Assembly (NCBI RefSeq): GCF_003334385.1
Contig: NZ_QOWN01000001.1
Length of the DNA: 64,000 bases
Reading direction: 5' to 3' (one strand)
Origin: Escherichia coli
GTDB lineage: Bacteria; Pseudomonadota; Gammaproteobacteria; Enterobacterales; Enterobacteriaceae
The position numbers and the translations under genes were made by a program. The stretch's first letter is position 1. Every line of letters starts with the position of its first letter. Positions 22,803-38,000 of the stretch are shown here, one piece after another. The notes beneath the pieces are model-generated. The model ran no database searches. It worked only from the letters and a program-made list of their open reading frames with translations, and had not been told where the DNA came from.

Positions 22803-24167
22803 TTACTTACCAATACAGAAGCTGGAGAAAATCCGCCCCAGCAGGTCGTCTGAAGTAAATTCCCCGGTGATTTCGCTTAAGTTCTGCTGTGCCAGACGCA
22901 ACTCTTCCGCCAGCAGTTCACCTGCCCAGGCTCCCAACAGTTGCGCTTTGCCCTGTTGTAGATGTTCCGCTGCCTGTTCCAGCGCCTGTAGGTGGCGACG
23001 ACGCGCCAGGAAGCCGCCTTCCATGTTGGTGTCAAAGCCCATGCTCTGTTTGAGATGGTTACGCAGCACGTCCACGCCTTCACCAGTCCTTGCCGAGAGA
23101 CGAATTAACGCGTGACCGTTCACTTCACTCATTCCCAGCGTTTCGCCGGTGATATCGGCTTTATTGCGCACCACGGTGATCGGCAGTTTCGCTGGCAGAC
23201 GGGCAATAAATTCCGGCCAGATCTCTGCCGGATCCACGGCGTCTGTTGTGGTGCCATCGACCATAAACAGCACGCGGTCGGCCTGTTCAATTTCCTGCCA
23301 CGCGCGCTCGATACCAATACGTTCTACTTCGTCACTGGCTTCACGTAGCCCGGCGGTATCGATGATATGCAGCGGCATTCCGTCAATGTGGATATGCTCA
23401 CGCAGCACGTCACGCGTAGTTCCGGCGATATCGGTTACGATTGCCGCTTCACGCCCCGCCAGCGCGTTTAACAGGCTCGATTTACCGGCGTTAGGACGTC
23501 CGGCAATCACCACTTTCATCCCTTCGCGCAACAAACTACCCTGACGTGCTTCAGCACGCACTGCATCAAGATCGGCAATAACGTCATTGAGCTGGGCTTC
23601 AATTTTTCCGTCGGAGAGGAAATCGATCTCTTCATCGGGGAAATCAATTGCCGCTTCGACGTAAATGCGCAAGTGGGTGAGGGCTTCTACCAGATGATTA
23701 ACCCGTGCGGAGAATGCGCCTTGCAGCGAGTTAAGTGCCGAACGGGCCGCCTGTTCCGAACTGGCGTCGATAAGATCGGCAATCGCCTCGGCCTGGGCTA
23801 AGTCAAGTTTATCGTTAAGAAACGCGCGTTCGGAAAACTCACCAGGGCGAGCAATCCGCAGGCCGGGAATGGTCAGAATGCGTTTTAACAGCAGGTCGAG
23901 GATCACCGGACCGCCATGACCTTGCAGTTCCAGCACATCTTCGCCGGTGAACGAGTTCGGGCCAGGGAACCATAGCGCAATCCCCTGATCGAGCACGCTG
24001 CCGTCGGCGTCTTTAAACGGAAGATAATCGGCGTAGCGCGGCTTAGGCAGTTTACCCAGCACGGTTTCGGCAACTTCACGGGCTTTGAAGCCGGAGATGC
24101 GCAGGATGCCAACGCCGCCACGTCCCGGAGGCGTGGCCTGGGCTACGATAGTGTCATTATCGCTCAT
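22803..24167 (-). CDS. mnmE: tRNA modification GTPase MnmE (TrmE)
   Basis: 454 aa; G-domain motifs GRPNAGKSS and DTAG; C-terminal ...CIGK. Confidence 0.95.
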
Positions 24168-24272
24168 GATGTTCCTGTTGCTTTGTGTGGCGGATGCGCG
24201 GTGCTTATCCGCCCTACGAAAAGAAAAAAGGCGGTCAACTGACCGCCCTTATTTTAGCGAAAACTCACCGAA

Positions 24273-25919
24273 TCAGGATTTTTTCTTCTCGCGGCTATGC
24301 AGGCCACGTTTTTCCAGACCACGGTAAATCAGCTGCTGCTGAATAATGGTTACCAGGTTGCTGACGATATAGTACAGCACCAGACCTGACGGGAACCACA
24401 GGAAGAACACGGCGAAGATGACCGGCATAAAGGTCATGATCTTCTGCTGCATCGGGTCGGTCACTGTGGTCGGCGACATCTTCTGAATGAAGAACATCGT
24501 TACGCCCATCAGGATCGGCAGGATGTAGTACGGGTCCTGTGCCGACAGGTCGTGGATCCACAGTGCAAACGGTGCCTGACGCAGTTCAACGGAACCCATC
24601 AGCATGTAGTACAACGCCAGGAAGATTGGCATCTGGATCAGCAGCGGGAAGCAGCCGCCCAGCGGGTTAACCTTCTCAGCTTTGTACAGCGCCATCATTT
24701 CCTGGCTGATACGCTGTTTGTCATCGCCCAGACGCTCACGCATTGCCTGAATCTTCGGCTGCAACATACGCATCTTCGCCATGGAGGTGTACTGCGCTTT
24801 GGTCAGCGGGTACATGATGCCACGAACGATAAAGGTGATGATGATAATGGAGAAGCCCCAGTTACCCACAAAGCTATGGATCCATTTCAGCAGTTTGAAC
24901 AGCGGCTGAGAGATGAACCACAACCAACCGTAATCAACGGTCAGATCCAGGTGCGGAGCAACAGCTGCCATTTTGTCCTGGATTTCCGGGCCAACCCACA
25001 GGGTGCTGTTCATCGCGCCAGTCTGACCAGGCTGAACCAGTACCGGCTGAGATTTATAGCCGATAGCGGCGATGCCGTTACCCAGATTAGCGGTATAGAA
25101 GTTGTTGGTACCGTCGTTATGCGGGATCCACGCCGTCGCGAAATACTGTTGCAGCATCGCCACCCAACCACCTTTCGAAGAGATGTTCAGGTTTTCGTTA
25201 TCGGCAATGGTATCGAACTTGTATTTCTCATACTTCTCGTCAGGCGTGGAGTACGCCGCGCCACGGAAGGTGTGCAGTGCGAAGTTGCTGCTTCCGGTAT
25301 CGAGATGCGGTGGCAGAGTGATGGATTGCTTCAACTGACCAAACGAGGAGATTTCCAGCGGTTTCTCGCCAGCGTTCTGCACGTTGTAGTTGACGTTGAC
25401 AGCGTAATCACCACGTTTCAGGACAAACGTTTTGGTAAACGTGTTGCCTGCCGCGTCGGTATACGTCATCGGCACCTGCAGTTCGTTTTGACCTTCAGCC
25501 AGCACATAAGCGTCTTTTTCAACGTTATACAGCGGACGCGGGCCGTTAGCCGGGTTATCCGGGCCATCACGACCGGTCAGACCGCTCTGTGCCTGATAAA
25601 TAAACTGCGGTGAAGTTTCCAACAGCTGGAACGGCTGGGTAGAGTTCAGCTCTTTCGGGTAAGCAGGCAGCAGAGCTTGCTCAACATCACCACCACGGGT
25701 GTTGATGGTCAGATCAAGCACGTCGGTCTTAACCGAGATCAGTTTCCCCTGGCCACTGGCCGGTACGCCCTGGTCGGCGGCGCTACCCGCTGCGGTGGTC
25801 GTTGTCTGCGTGGTCTGTTGGGCCTGAGGTTGCGGGTTTTTATCCTGCTCCCAGGCTTGCCAGATCATGAAAGACACGAACAGCAAAGCGATGACTAAAA
25901 GATTGCGTTGCGAATCCAT
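24273..25919 (-). CDS. yidC: Membrane protein insertase YidC
   Basis: 548 aa; N-terminal TM segment, large periplasmic domain, C-terminal polytopic core; rpmH-rnpA-yidD-yidC-mnmE cluster. Confidence 0.95.
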   Translation of the reverse strand: MDSQRNLLVIALLFVSFMIWQAWEQDKNPQPQAQQTTQTTTTAAGSAADQGVPASGQGKLISVKTDVLDLTINTRGGDVEQALLPAYPKELNSTQPFQLLETSPQFIYQAQSGLTGRDGPDNPANGPRPLYNVEKDAYVLAEGQNELQVPMTYTDAAGNTFTKTFVLKRGDYAVNVNYNVQNAGEKPLEISSFGQLKQSITLPPHLDTGSSNFALHTFRGAAYSTPDEKYEKYKFDTIADNENLNISSKGGWVAMLQQYFATAWIPHNDGTNNFYTANLGNGIAAIGYKSQPVLVQPGQTGAMNSTLWVGPEIQDKMAAVAPHLDLTVDYGWLWFISQPLFKLLKWIHSFVGNWGFSIIIITFIVRGIMYPLTKAQYTSMAKMRMLQPKIQAMRERLGDDKQRISQEMMALYKAEKVNPLGGCFPLLIQMPIFLALYYMLMGSVELRQAPFALWIHDLSAQDPYYILPILMGVTMFFIQKMSPTTVTDPMQQKIMTFMPVIFAVFFLWFPSGLVLYYIVSNLVTIIQQQLIYRGLEKRGLHSREKKKS

Positions 25920-25921
25920 CG

Positions 25922-26179
25922 TTAGTGTTCTCTGGTATCAAATGGTCCGGGCGGGACGGGATCGTCACCACCAGGGTGTAAAGGGTGGCATTTTAATACG
26001 CGTTTCACCGTCAACCAACTGCCTTTTATCACTCCAAACCTGCGCAATGCCTCAATTCCGTAGCTTGAACAGGTTGGAGTGAAACGACAATGCGGCCCGA
26101 GTAGCGGACTAATCAGGCGTTGATAGACCCGAATGAGGGCTATCAGGACCCGCGAGCCAGGCGACAGTGGCGGCGCCAT
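25922..26179 (-). CDS. yidD: Membrane protein insertion efficiency factor YidD
   Basis: 85 aa; its 5' end overlaps the rnpA 3' end by 37 nt in a different frame. Confidence 0.9.
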
Positions 26180-26502
26180 AATTTTTCCAACGCTTCCGAG
26201 AGAGCACGGTTATCGAGGTCGGCAACCCCTTTTTTCGCCACCACCACGAAATCCATAGCCGGGAGTTCATGTTGGCGCAGACGGAAGCTTTCACGCGTCA
26301 GACGTTTAATCCGATTGCGTTCATGGGCGCGTCGAACGTTTTTCTTGGCGACTGTAAGACCGATACGGGGATGCCCCAGCGAATTCAGGCGGCCGAGAAT
26401 GGTAATTTGCGGCGTGCCAGCCCGTTGTGGCTGCTGGAAGACGAATGTGAATTGACTGGGAGTTAACAAGCGTAACTCCCTGGGAAATGCGAGCTTAACC
26501 AC
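26143..26502 (-). CDS. rnpA: RNase P protein component
   Basis: 119-aa basic protein immediately downstream of rpmH. Confidence 0.93.
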
Positions 26503-26518
26503 TCAGGGGTTAGCTTTA

Positions 26519-26671
<153 letters not shown>

Positions 26672-27047
26672 CTAAACTTGAATAAATTCAATGGCTTTAT
26701 TGGATATCCGCCGAAAAATGAAACGATGGACACCGAAGCCATGGGTGATTAAAGAGGCCGGATTGTAATAATTGTACACTCCGGAGTCAATTCTCTTTCC
26801 TTATTTACCGCGCTTTTCCGCACCTTTTCGCAGGGAAAATGTACGACCTCACACCAGTGGAAACCAGCATGGCGCGCCGGGTGGAGGATTATACGGGCTG
26901 ATGGGTAAAGCGCAAGGATCGTCCTGGATCTTTATTAGATCGATTAAGCCAATTTTTGTCTATGGTCATTAAATTTTCCAATATGCGGCGTAAATCGTGC
27001 CCGCCTCGCGGCGGGATCGTTTACACTTAGCGAGTTCTGGAAAGTCC

Positions 27048-27142
27048 TGTGGATAAATCGGGAAAATCTGTGAGAAACAGAAGATCTCTTGCGCAGTTTA
27101 GGCTATGATCCGCGGTCCCGATCGTTTTGCAGGATCTTGATC
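27048..27142. promoter_or_regulatory. dnaA promoter region: DnaA box plus GATC cluster
   Basis: tgtggataa at 27048-27056 (reverse of TTATCCACA); five GATC sites at 27083, 27107, 27120, 27133, 27139 within 60 bp. Confidence 0.8.
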
Positions 27143-27265
27143 GGGCATATAACCGCAGACAGCGGTTCGTGCGTCACCCTCAAGCAGGGTCTTTTCGACG
27201 TACGTCAACAATCATGAATGTTTCAGCCTTAGTCATTATCGACTTTTGTTCGAGTGGAGTCCGCC

Positions 27266-28669
27266 GTGTCACTTTCGCTTTGGCAGCAGTGTCTTGCCCG
27301 ATTGCAGGATGAGTTACCAGCCACAGAATTCAGTATGTGGATACGCCCATTGCAGGCGGAACTGAGCGATAACACGCTGGCCCTGTACGCGCCAAACCGT
27401 TTTGTCCTCGATTGGGTACGGGACAAGTACCTTAATAATATCAATGGACTGCTAACCAGTTTCTGCGGAGCGGATGCCCCACAGCTGCGTTTTGAAGTCG
27501 GCACCAAACCGGTGACGCAAACGCCACAAGCGGCAGTGACGAGCAACGTCGCGGCCCCTGCACAGGTGGCGCAAACGCAGCCGCAACGTGCTGCGCCTTC
27601 TACGCGCTCAGGTTGGGATAACGTCCCGGCCCCGGCAGAACCGACCTATCGTTCTAACGTAAACGTCAAACACACGTTTGATAACTTCGTTGAAGGTAAA
27701 TCTAACCAACTGGCGCGCGCGGCGGCTCGCCAGGTGGCGGATAACCCTGGCGGTGCCTATAACCCGTTGTTCCTTTATGGCGGCACGGGTCTGGGTAAAA
27801 CTCACCTGCTGCATGCGGTGGGTAACGGCATTATGGCGCGCAAGCCGAATGCCAAAGTGGTTTATATGCACTCCGAGCGCTTTGTTCAGGACATGGTTAA
27901 AGCCCTGCAAAACAACGCGATCGAAGAGTTTAAACGCTACTACCGTTCCGTAGATGCACTGCTGATCGACGATATTCAGTTTTTTGCTAATAAAGAACGA
28001 TCTCAGGAAGAGTTTTTCCACACCTTCAACGCCCTGCTGGAAGGTAATCAACAGATCATTCTCACCTCGGATCGCTATCCGAAAGAGATCAACGGCGTTG
28101 AGGATCGTTTGAAATCCCGCTTCGGTTGGGGACTGACTGTGGCGATCGAACCGCCAGAGCTGGAAACCCGTGTGGCGATCCTGATGAAAAAGGCCGACGA
28201 AAACGACATTCGTTTGCCGGGCGAAGTGGCGTTCTTTATCGCCAAGCGTCTACGATCTAACGTACGTGAGCTGGAAGGGGCGCTGAACCGCGTCATTGCC
28301 AATGCCAACTTTACCGGACGGGCGATCACCATCGACTTCGTGCGTGAGGCGCTGCGCGACTTGCTGGCATTGCAGGAAAAACTGGTCACCATCGACAATA
28401 TTCAGAAGACGGTGGCGGAGTACTACAAGATCAAAGTCGCGGATCTCCTTTCCAAGCGTCGATCCCGCTCGGTGGCGCGTCCGCGCCAGATGGCGATGGC
28501 GCTGGCGAAAGAGCTGACTAACCACAGTCTGCCGGAGATTGGCGATGCGTTTGGTGGCCGTGACCACACGACGGTGCTTCATGCCTGCCGTAAGATCGAG
28601 CAGTTGCGTGAAGAGAGCCACGATATCAAAGAAGATTTTTCAAATTTAATCAGAACATTGTCATCGTAA
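27266..28669 (+). CDS. dnaA: Chromosomal replication initiator DnaA
   Basis: 467 aa from GTG at 27266 ([16 protein letters not shown]...); AAA+ Walker [11 protein letters not shown] and C-terminal DNA-binding domain. Confidence 0.95.
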
Positions 28670-28673
28670 ACCT

Positions 28674-29773
28674 ATGAAATTTACCGTAGAACGTGAGCAT
28701 TTATTAAAACCGCTACAACAGGTGAGCGGTCCGTTAGGTGGTCGTCCTACGCTACCGATTCTCGGTAATCTGCTGTTACAGGTTGCTGACGGTACGTTGT
28801 CGCTGACCGGTACTGATCTCGAGATGGAAATGGTGGCACGTGTTGCGCTGGTTCAGCCACACGAGCCAGGAGCGACGACCGTTCCGGCGCGCAAATTCTT
28901 TGATATCTGCCGTGGTCTGCCTGAAGGCGCGGAAATTGCCGTGCAGCTGGAAGGTGAACGGATGCTGGTACGCTCCGGGCGTAGCCGTTTTTCGCTGTCT
29001 ACCCTGCCAGCGGCGGATTTCCCGAACCTCGATGACTGGCAGAGTGAAGTCGAATTTACCCTGCCGCAGGCAACGATGAAGCGTCTGATTGAAGCGACCC
29101 AGTTTTCTATGGCGCATCAGGACGTTCGCTATTACTTAAATGGTATGCTGTTTGAAACCGAAGGTGAAGAACTGCGCACCGTGGCAACCGACGGCCACCG
29201 TCTGGCGGTCTGTTCAATGCCAATTGGTCAATCTTTGCCAAGCCATTCGGTGATCGTACCGCGTAAAGGCGTGATTGAACTGATGCGTATGCTCGACGGC
29301 GGCGACAATCCGCTGCGCGTACAGATTGGCAGCAACAACATTCGCGCCCACGTTGGCGACTTTATCTTCACCTCCAAACTGGTGGATGGTCGCTTCCCGG
29401 ATTATCGCCGCGTTCTGCCGAAGAACCCGGACAAACATCTGGAAGCTGGCTGCGATCTGCTCAAGCAGGCGTTTGCTCGCGCGGCGATTCTCTCTAACGA
29501 GAAATTCCGCGGCGTACGTCTTTATGTCAGCGAAAACCAGCTGAAAATCACCGCCAACAACCCGGAACAGGAAGAAGCGGAAGAGATCCTCGACGTTACC
29601 TATAGCGGTGCGGAGATGGAAATCGGCTTCAACGTCAGTTATGTGCTGGATGTTCTGAACGCGCTGAAATGCGAAAACGTCCGCATGATGCTGACCGATT
29701 CGGTTTCCAGCGTGCAGATTGAAGATGCGGCCAGCCAGAGCGCGGCTTATGTTGTCATGCCAATGAGACTGTA

Positions 29774-29774
<1 letters not shown>
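28674..29774 (+). CDS. dnaN: DNA polymerase III beta sliding clamp
   Basis: 366 aa starting [17 protein letters not shown]; ends ...VVMPMRL. Confidence 0.95.
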
Positions 29775-33290
<3,516 letters not shown>

Positions 33291-33311
33291 TGGCGCTAAC
33301 CATGCGAGCGT

Positions 33312-33410
33312 GCCTGATGCGCTACGCTTATCAGGCCTACGAAAATCTTGCAATGTATTGAATTTTCATGATTTTGTAGGCCGGATAAGGCGTTCACGCC
33401 GCATCCGGCA
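33312..33410. repeat. BIME: two inverted REP elements downstream of gyrB
   Basis: 33312-33340 gcctgatgcgctacgcttatcaggcctac and 33376-33410 gtaggccggataaggcgttcacgccgcatccggca in opposite orientation. Confidence 0.8.
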
Positions 33411-33422
33411 AGAAGCTATAAG

Positions 33423-33457
33423 AAAAGGGCGGAGATCATCTCCGCCCTTTTTATTTC
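33423..33457. terminator. Intrinsic terminator hairpin (bidirectional)
   Basis: aaaagggcggagatcatctccgcccttttt: perfect stem flanked by A-run and T-run. Confidence 0.75.
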
Positions 33458-33529
33458 TGCAATCCGCAATTATCATCCCGCAAATCTATACTTTTTGGGT
33501 CAACACGTAACGCTTTACAGGTGATTATC

Positions 33530-33928
33530 ATGGGGCTTTTTGATGAAGTTGTCGGTGCCTTTCTGAAAGGCGATGCGGGGAAATATCAGGCTATTTTAAG
33601 TTGGGTTGAGGAGCAGGGCGGCATTCAGGTGCTGCTGGAAAAACTGCAAAGTGGCGGCTTAGGGGCCATTCTCTCAACCTGGCTGAGTAATCAACAGGGC
33701 AATCAATCGGTTAGTGGCGAGCAACTGGAATCGGCGCTCGGCACAAATGCGGTGTCCGATCTCGGGCAAAAACTTGGCGTGGATACCAGTACAGCTTCCA
33801 GTTTACTGGCAGAACAATTGCCGAAGATTATTGATGCGCTCTCACCGCAAGGTGAAGTGTCACCACAAGCCAATAACGATCTGCTTTCCGCAGGCATGGA
33901 ACTGCTGAAAGGGAAACTCTTCCGCTAA
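33530..33928 (+). CDS. yidB: Uncharacterised Gly/Gln-rich protein YidB
   Basis: 132 aa from ATG at 33530 (MGLFDEVVGAFLKG...). Confidence 0.85.
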   Translation: MGLFDEVVGAFLKGDAGKYQAILSWVEEQGGIQVLLEKLQSGGLGAILSTWLSNQQGNQSVSGEQLESALGTNAVSDLGQKLGVDTSTASSLLAEQLPKIIDALSPQGEVSPQANNDLLSAGMELLKGKLFR

Positions 33929-34042
33929 GCAAAAAGGGAGCACGCAACGCGCGTTGCATCCCCCTTTTCCCTCGGGTGTTGTACTGATTTTTGAGCGGAA
34001 TCGCGTTAGCATGGGTCAGGAACCAATCTACCTGGGGAACTC

Positions 34043-34855
34043 ATGGCTATTAAACTCATTGCTATCGATATGGATGGCACCCTTCTGCTGCCCGATCACA
34101 CCATTTCACCCGCCGTTAAAAATGCGATTGCCGCAGCTCGCGCCCGTGGCGTGAATGTCGTGCTAACGACGGGTCGCCCGTATGCAGGTGTGCACAACTA
34201 CCTGAAAGAGCTGCATATGGAACAGCCGGGCGACTACTGCATTACTTATAACGGCGCGCTGGTACAGAAGGCCGCTGATGGTAGCACCGTGGCGCAAACT
34301 GCTCTCAGCTATGACGACTATCGTTTCCTGGAAAAACTCTCTCGCGAAGTCGGTTCTCATTTCCACGCCCTGGACCGCACCACGCTGTACACCGCCAACC
34401 GTGATATCAGCTACTACACGGTGCATGAATCCTTCGTTGCCACCATTCCGCTGGTGTTCTGCGAAGCGGAGAAAATGGACCCCAATACCCAGTTCCTGAA
34501 AGTGATGATGATTGATGAACCCGCCATCCTCGACCAGGCTATCGCGCGTATTCCGCAGGAAGTGAAAGAGAAATATACCGTGCTGAAAAGTGCGCCGTAC
34601 TTCCTCGAAATCCTCGATAAACGCGTTAACAAAGGTACGGGGGTGAAATCACTGGCCGACGTGTTAGGTATTAAACCGGAAGAAATCATGGCGATTGGCG
34701 ATCAGGAAAACGATATCGCAATGATTGAATATGCAGGCGTCGGTGTGGCGATGGATAACGCTATTCCTTCAGTGAAAGAAGTGGCGAACTTTGTCACCAA
34801 ATCTAACCTTGAAGATGGCGTGGCGTTTGCTATTGAGAAGTATGTGCTGAATTAA
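34043..34855 (+). CDS. yidA: Sugar-phosphate phosphatase (HAD superfamily, Cof type)
   Basis: 270 aa; HAD motif I IAIDMDGTLL at the N-terminus and GDQENDIAM near the C-terminus. Confidence 0.92.
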   Translation: MAIKLIAIDMDGTLLLPDHTISPAVKNAIAAARARGVNVVLTTGRPYAGVHNYLKELHMEQPGDYCITYNGALVQKAADGSTVAQTALSYDDYRFLEKLSREVGSHFHALDRTTLYTANRDISYYTVHESFVATIPLVFCEAEKMDPNTQFLKVMMIDEPAILDQAIARIPQEVKEKYTVLKSAPYFLEILDKRVNKGTGVKSLADVLGIKPEEIMAIGDQENDIAMIEYAGVGVAMDNAIPSVKEVANFVTKSNLEDGVAFAIEKYVLN

Positions 34856-34900
34856 TCTGTGGGCGGGCAAACAGCATAAACGCGTTTGCCCGCTTACTGA

Positions 34901-35557
34901 TTATTGGTTTACTGCATATACAACCAGAAATTGCAGCGGTGCAGTAATGATGTCCAGCGTAACAGTCACTGGCAGTAATGCTGCGGAAACACCATCCGGA
35001 ATGCCTCTGGGTGAATAGTATTCATAAAATCGCACTTTAAATGGATGGTAGAACGCCATCACCTTTGAGTAATCCATGTTTTTATTTTTCTCATGGATTG
35101 TGCCTTTTAGGTTTTCCAGTGACCTGGTACAGTGTTGAACACCACAGGCAAAACCATAATGCGTTGCCAGTGCCTTTTCTTCTTCGTTATTCCAGTAGTA
35201 GTAAAGCGATATTGTGCCGGTAAATTTCTTTTTCCCCGCATTTAAAACAAATCTTGCGTCATCGGCAACCTGAATATTGTGCCGGTTAAGTGCTGGATCA
35301 TTGAGCATCTTAACGATGTCATCGGCACCATCAGTGATAAGGTAATCCAGCGATTCCCCTACAAAAACATAGCCTTTTGTTCCATTACTATCTTTTGCCT
35401 GCGATAGCCCAGTGATGGTGTCTGACTGCGATTGATACTTTCCTGAACTACCCTTTGCGGTATGGGAAACCAGAGCATACGAGATACAGCCTGAAAGCAT
35501 CAGCGCCAGTGGGAATAAACCGGCAGCCTTAAAAAATCCCTTAAAATTCAACTTCAT
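34901..35557 (-). CDS. yidX: Putative lipoprotein YidX
   Basis: 218 aa from ATG at 35557 ([24 protein letters not shown]... lipobox LSGC); the ORF-track N-terminal extension to 35674 is probably not translated. Confidence 0.8.
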
Positions 35558-35695
35558 GATTAATCCTTTAAACGAGTAGCTAAGCCGTTGAAAGCATACT
35601 CTTCTTTCCCTCCTGTTTAGCGCCTGATATCCCTTTTCAGATTTCTGCCCGACGCATGTCATTTTTTTATGCATTGTTCTTTTTGTGATCTAAAT

Positions 35696-35725
35696 TGTAG
35701 TACAACAATATAAGTTTGTACTACA
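35696..35725. promoter_or_regulatory. Candidate DgoR operator: perfect 9-bp inverted repeat
   Basis: tgtagtaca-N12-tgtactaca about 110 bp upstream of the dgoR ATG, in the yidX-dgoR divergent region. Confidence 0.6.
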
Positions 35726-35834
35726 TTACACGCACGGCAAACGCGAACGTCATCACGCTGGTACTACAAAGTTGCCGCGTTATGCATCGATCGGGGTAAA
35801 GTAGAGAAGAACATACAGAGCACAAGGACTCTCC

Positions 35835-36524
35835 ATGACTCTCAATAAAACCGATCGCATTGTCATTACGCTGGGTAAACAGATCGTTCACGGCAAATAC
35901 GTGCCAGGCTCGCCGCTTCCGGCTGAGGCGGAACTCTGTGAGGAGTTTGCAACCTCGCGCAACATCATCCGTGAGGTGTTCCGTTCGCTGATGGCGAAGC
36001 GGCTGATTGAAATGAAACGTTATCGCGGGGCGTTTGTGGCACCGCGTAACCAGTGGAATTACCTCGACACTGACGTACTGCAATGGGTGCTGGAAAATGA
36101 CTACGACCCACGGCTTATCAGTGCCATGAGCGAAGTGCGAAATCTGGTGGAACCGGCGATTGCCCGTTGGGCAGCAGAGCGCGCGACTTCCAGCGATCTG
36201 GCGCAGATTGAATCGGCGCTGAACGAGATGATTGCCAACAATCAGGACCGCGAAGCGTTTAACGAAGCGGATATTCGCTACCACGAGGCGGTGCTGCAGT
36301 CGGTGCATAACCCGGTGTTACAGCAACTTAGCATTGCGATCAGTTCGCTGCAGCGGGCGGTTTTTGAACGAACCTGGATGGGCGATGAGGCCAACATGCC
36401 GCAAACGCTCCAGGAACATAAGGCGCTGTTCGATGCGATACGACATCAGGACGGCGATGCGGCAGAGCAGGCGGCGCTTACCATGATCGCCAGCTCGACA
36501 CGAAGGTTAAAGGAAATCACATGA
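35835..36524 (+). CDS. dgoR: GntR/FadR-family repressor of the D-galactonate operon
   Basis: 229 aa; N-terminal winged HTH; first gene of dgoRKADT. Confidence 0.92.
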   Translation: MTLNKTDRIVITLGKQIVHGKYVPGSPLPAEAELCEEFATSRNIIREVFRSLMAKRLIEMKRYRGAFVAPRNQWNYLDTDVLQWVLENDYDPRLISAMSEVRNLVEPAIARWAAERATSSDLAQIESALNEMIANNQDREAFNEADIRYHEAVLQSVHNPVLQQLSIAISSLQRAVFERTWMGDEANMPQTLQEHKALFDAIRHQDGDAAEQAALTMIASSTRRLKEIT

Positions 36525-37399
36525 CAGCTCGCTACATCGCAATTGACTGGGGATCGACCAATCTGCGCGCCTGGCTTTATCAGGGCGACCACTGCCTGGA
36601 GAGCAGGCAATCAGAAGCAGGCGTCACGCGCCTGAACGGAAAATCTCCGGCTGCGGTGTTAGCAGAAGTCACGACCGACTGGCGTGAAGAGAAAACGCCA
36701 GTGGTAATGGCAGGAATGGTTGGCAGCAACGTCGGCTGGAAAGTTGCACCGTATTTATCTGTTCCTGCCTGTTTTTCGTCTATTGGCGAACAATTAACGT
36801 CAGTTGGCGACAATATCTGGATTATTCCCGGATTATGTGTCTCTCATGACGATAACCACAATGTGATGCGCGGCGAAGAAACACAATTGATCGGCGCGCG
36901 AGCTCTGGCTCCTTCCTCTCTTTATGTCATGCCCGGAACCCATTGCAAATGGGTGCAGGCCGATAGCCAGCAAATCAACGATTTTCGCACCGTGATGACC
37001 GGTGAATTACATCATTTACTGTTAAATCACTCATTGATTGGCGCAGGTTTGCCGCCGCAGGAAAACTCTGCCGATGCCTTCACAGCTGGCCTTGAGCGTG
37101 GTCTTAATACGCCCGCCATATTGCCGCAGCTTTTTGAAGTTCGCGCCTCGCATGTGCTGGGAACACTTCCCCGCGAACAGGTCAGCGAATTTCTCTCTGG
37201 TTTGTTGATTGGCGCAGAGGTCGCCAGTATGCGCGACTATGTGGCCCATCAACACGCCATCACCCTTGTCGCCGGAACATCGCTGACCGCGCGCTACCAG
37301 CAAGCCTTTCAGGCGATGGGTTGCGACGTGACGGCGGTGGCGGGCGACACGGCATTTCAGGCTGGTATAAGGAGCATCGCTCATGCAGTGGCAAACTAA
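36521..37399 (+). CDS. dgoK: 2-dehydro-3-deoxygalactonokinase
   Basis: 292 aa; start overlaps the dgoR stop by 4 nt. Confidence 0.92.
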   Translation: MTARYIAIDWGSTNLRAWLYQGDHCLESRQSEAGVTRLNGKSPAAVLAEVTTDWREEKTPVVMAGMVGSNVGWKVAPYLSVPACFSSIGEQLTSVGDNIWIIPGLCVSHDDNHNVMRGEETQLIGARALAPSSLYVMPGTHCKWVQADSQQINDFRTVMTGELHHLLLNHSLIGAGLPPQENSADAFTAGLERGLNTPAILPQLFEVRASHVLGTLPREQVSEFLSGLLIGAEVASMRDYVAHQHAITLVAGTSLTARYQQAFQAMGCDVTAVAGDTAFQAGIRSIAHAVAN

Positions 37400-38000
37400 A
37401 CTCCCGCTGATCGCCATTTTGCGCGGTATTACGCCCGACGAGGCGCTGGCGCATGTTGGCGCGGTGATTGACGCCGGGTTCGACGCGGTTGAAATCCCGC
37501 TGAATTCCCCACAATGGGAGCAAAGCATTCCCGCCATCGTTGATGCGTACGGCGACAAGGCGTTGATTGGCGCAGGTACGGTACTGAAACCTGAACAGGT
37601 CGATGCGCTCGCCAGGATGGGCTGTCAGCTCATCGTTACGCCCAATATCCATAGTGAAGTGATCCGCCGTGCGGTGGGCTACGGCATGACCGTCTGCCCC
37701 GGCTGCGCGACGGCGACCGAAGCCTTTACCGCGCTCGAAGCGGGCGCGCAGGCGCTGAAAATATTTCCGTCATCGGCTTTTGGTCCGCAATACATCAAAG
37801 CGTTAAAAGCGGTATTGCCATCGGACATCGCAGTCTTTGCCGTTGGCGGCGTGACGCCAGAAAACCTGGCGCAGTGGATAGACGCAGGTTGTGCAGGGGC
37901 GGGCTTAGGCAGCGATCTCTATCGCGCCGGGCAATCCGTAGAGCGCACCGCGCAGCAGGCAGCAGCATTTGTTAAGGCGTATCGAGAGGCAGTGCAATGA
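37383..38000 (+). CDS. dgoA: 2-dehydro-3-deoxy-6-phosphogalactonate aldolase
   Basis: 205 aa; overlaps dgoK by 17 nt. Confidence 0.92.

Noticed and set aside
22729-23115. 128-aa plus-strand ORF beginning in the mnmE-tnaC spacer
   Set aside because: Starts in the mnmE terminator hairpin and runs antisense into mnmE; no plausible function.
24552-25613. 353-aa plus-strand ORF, Arg/His-rich
   Set aside because: Lies entirely antisense to yidC; a typical shadow ORF in GC-rich coding sequence, with no RBS context or independent support.
26772-26972. 66-aa ORF in the rpmH-dnaA intergenic region
   Set aside because: Falls in the promoter region of the divergent rpmH and dnaA genes; no RBS, and the region is better explained as regulatory DNA.
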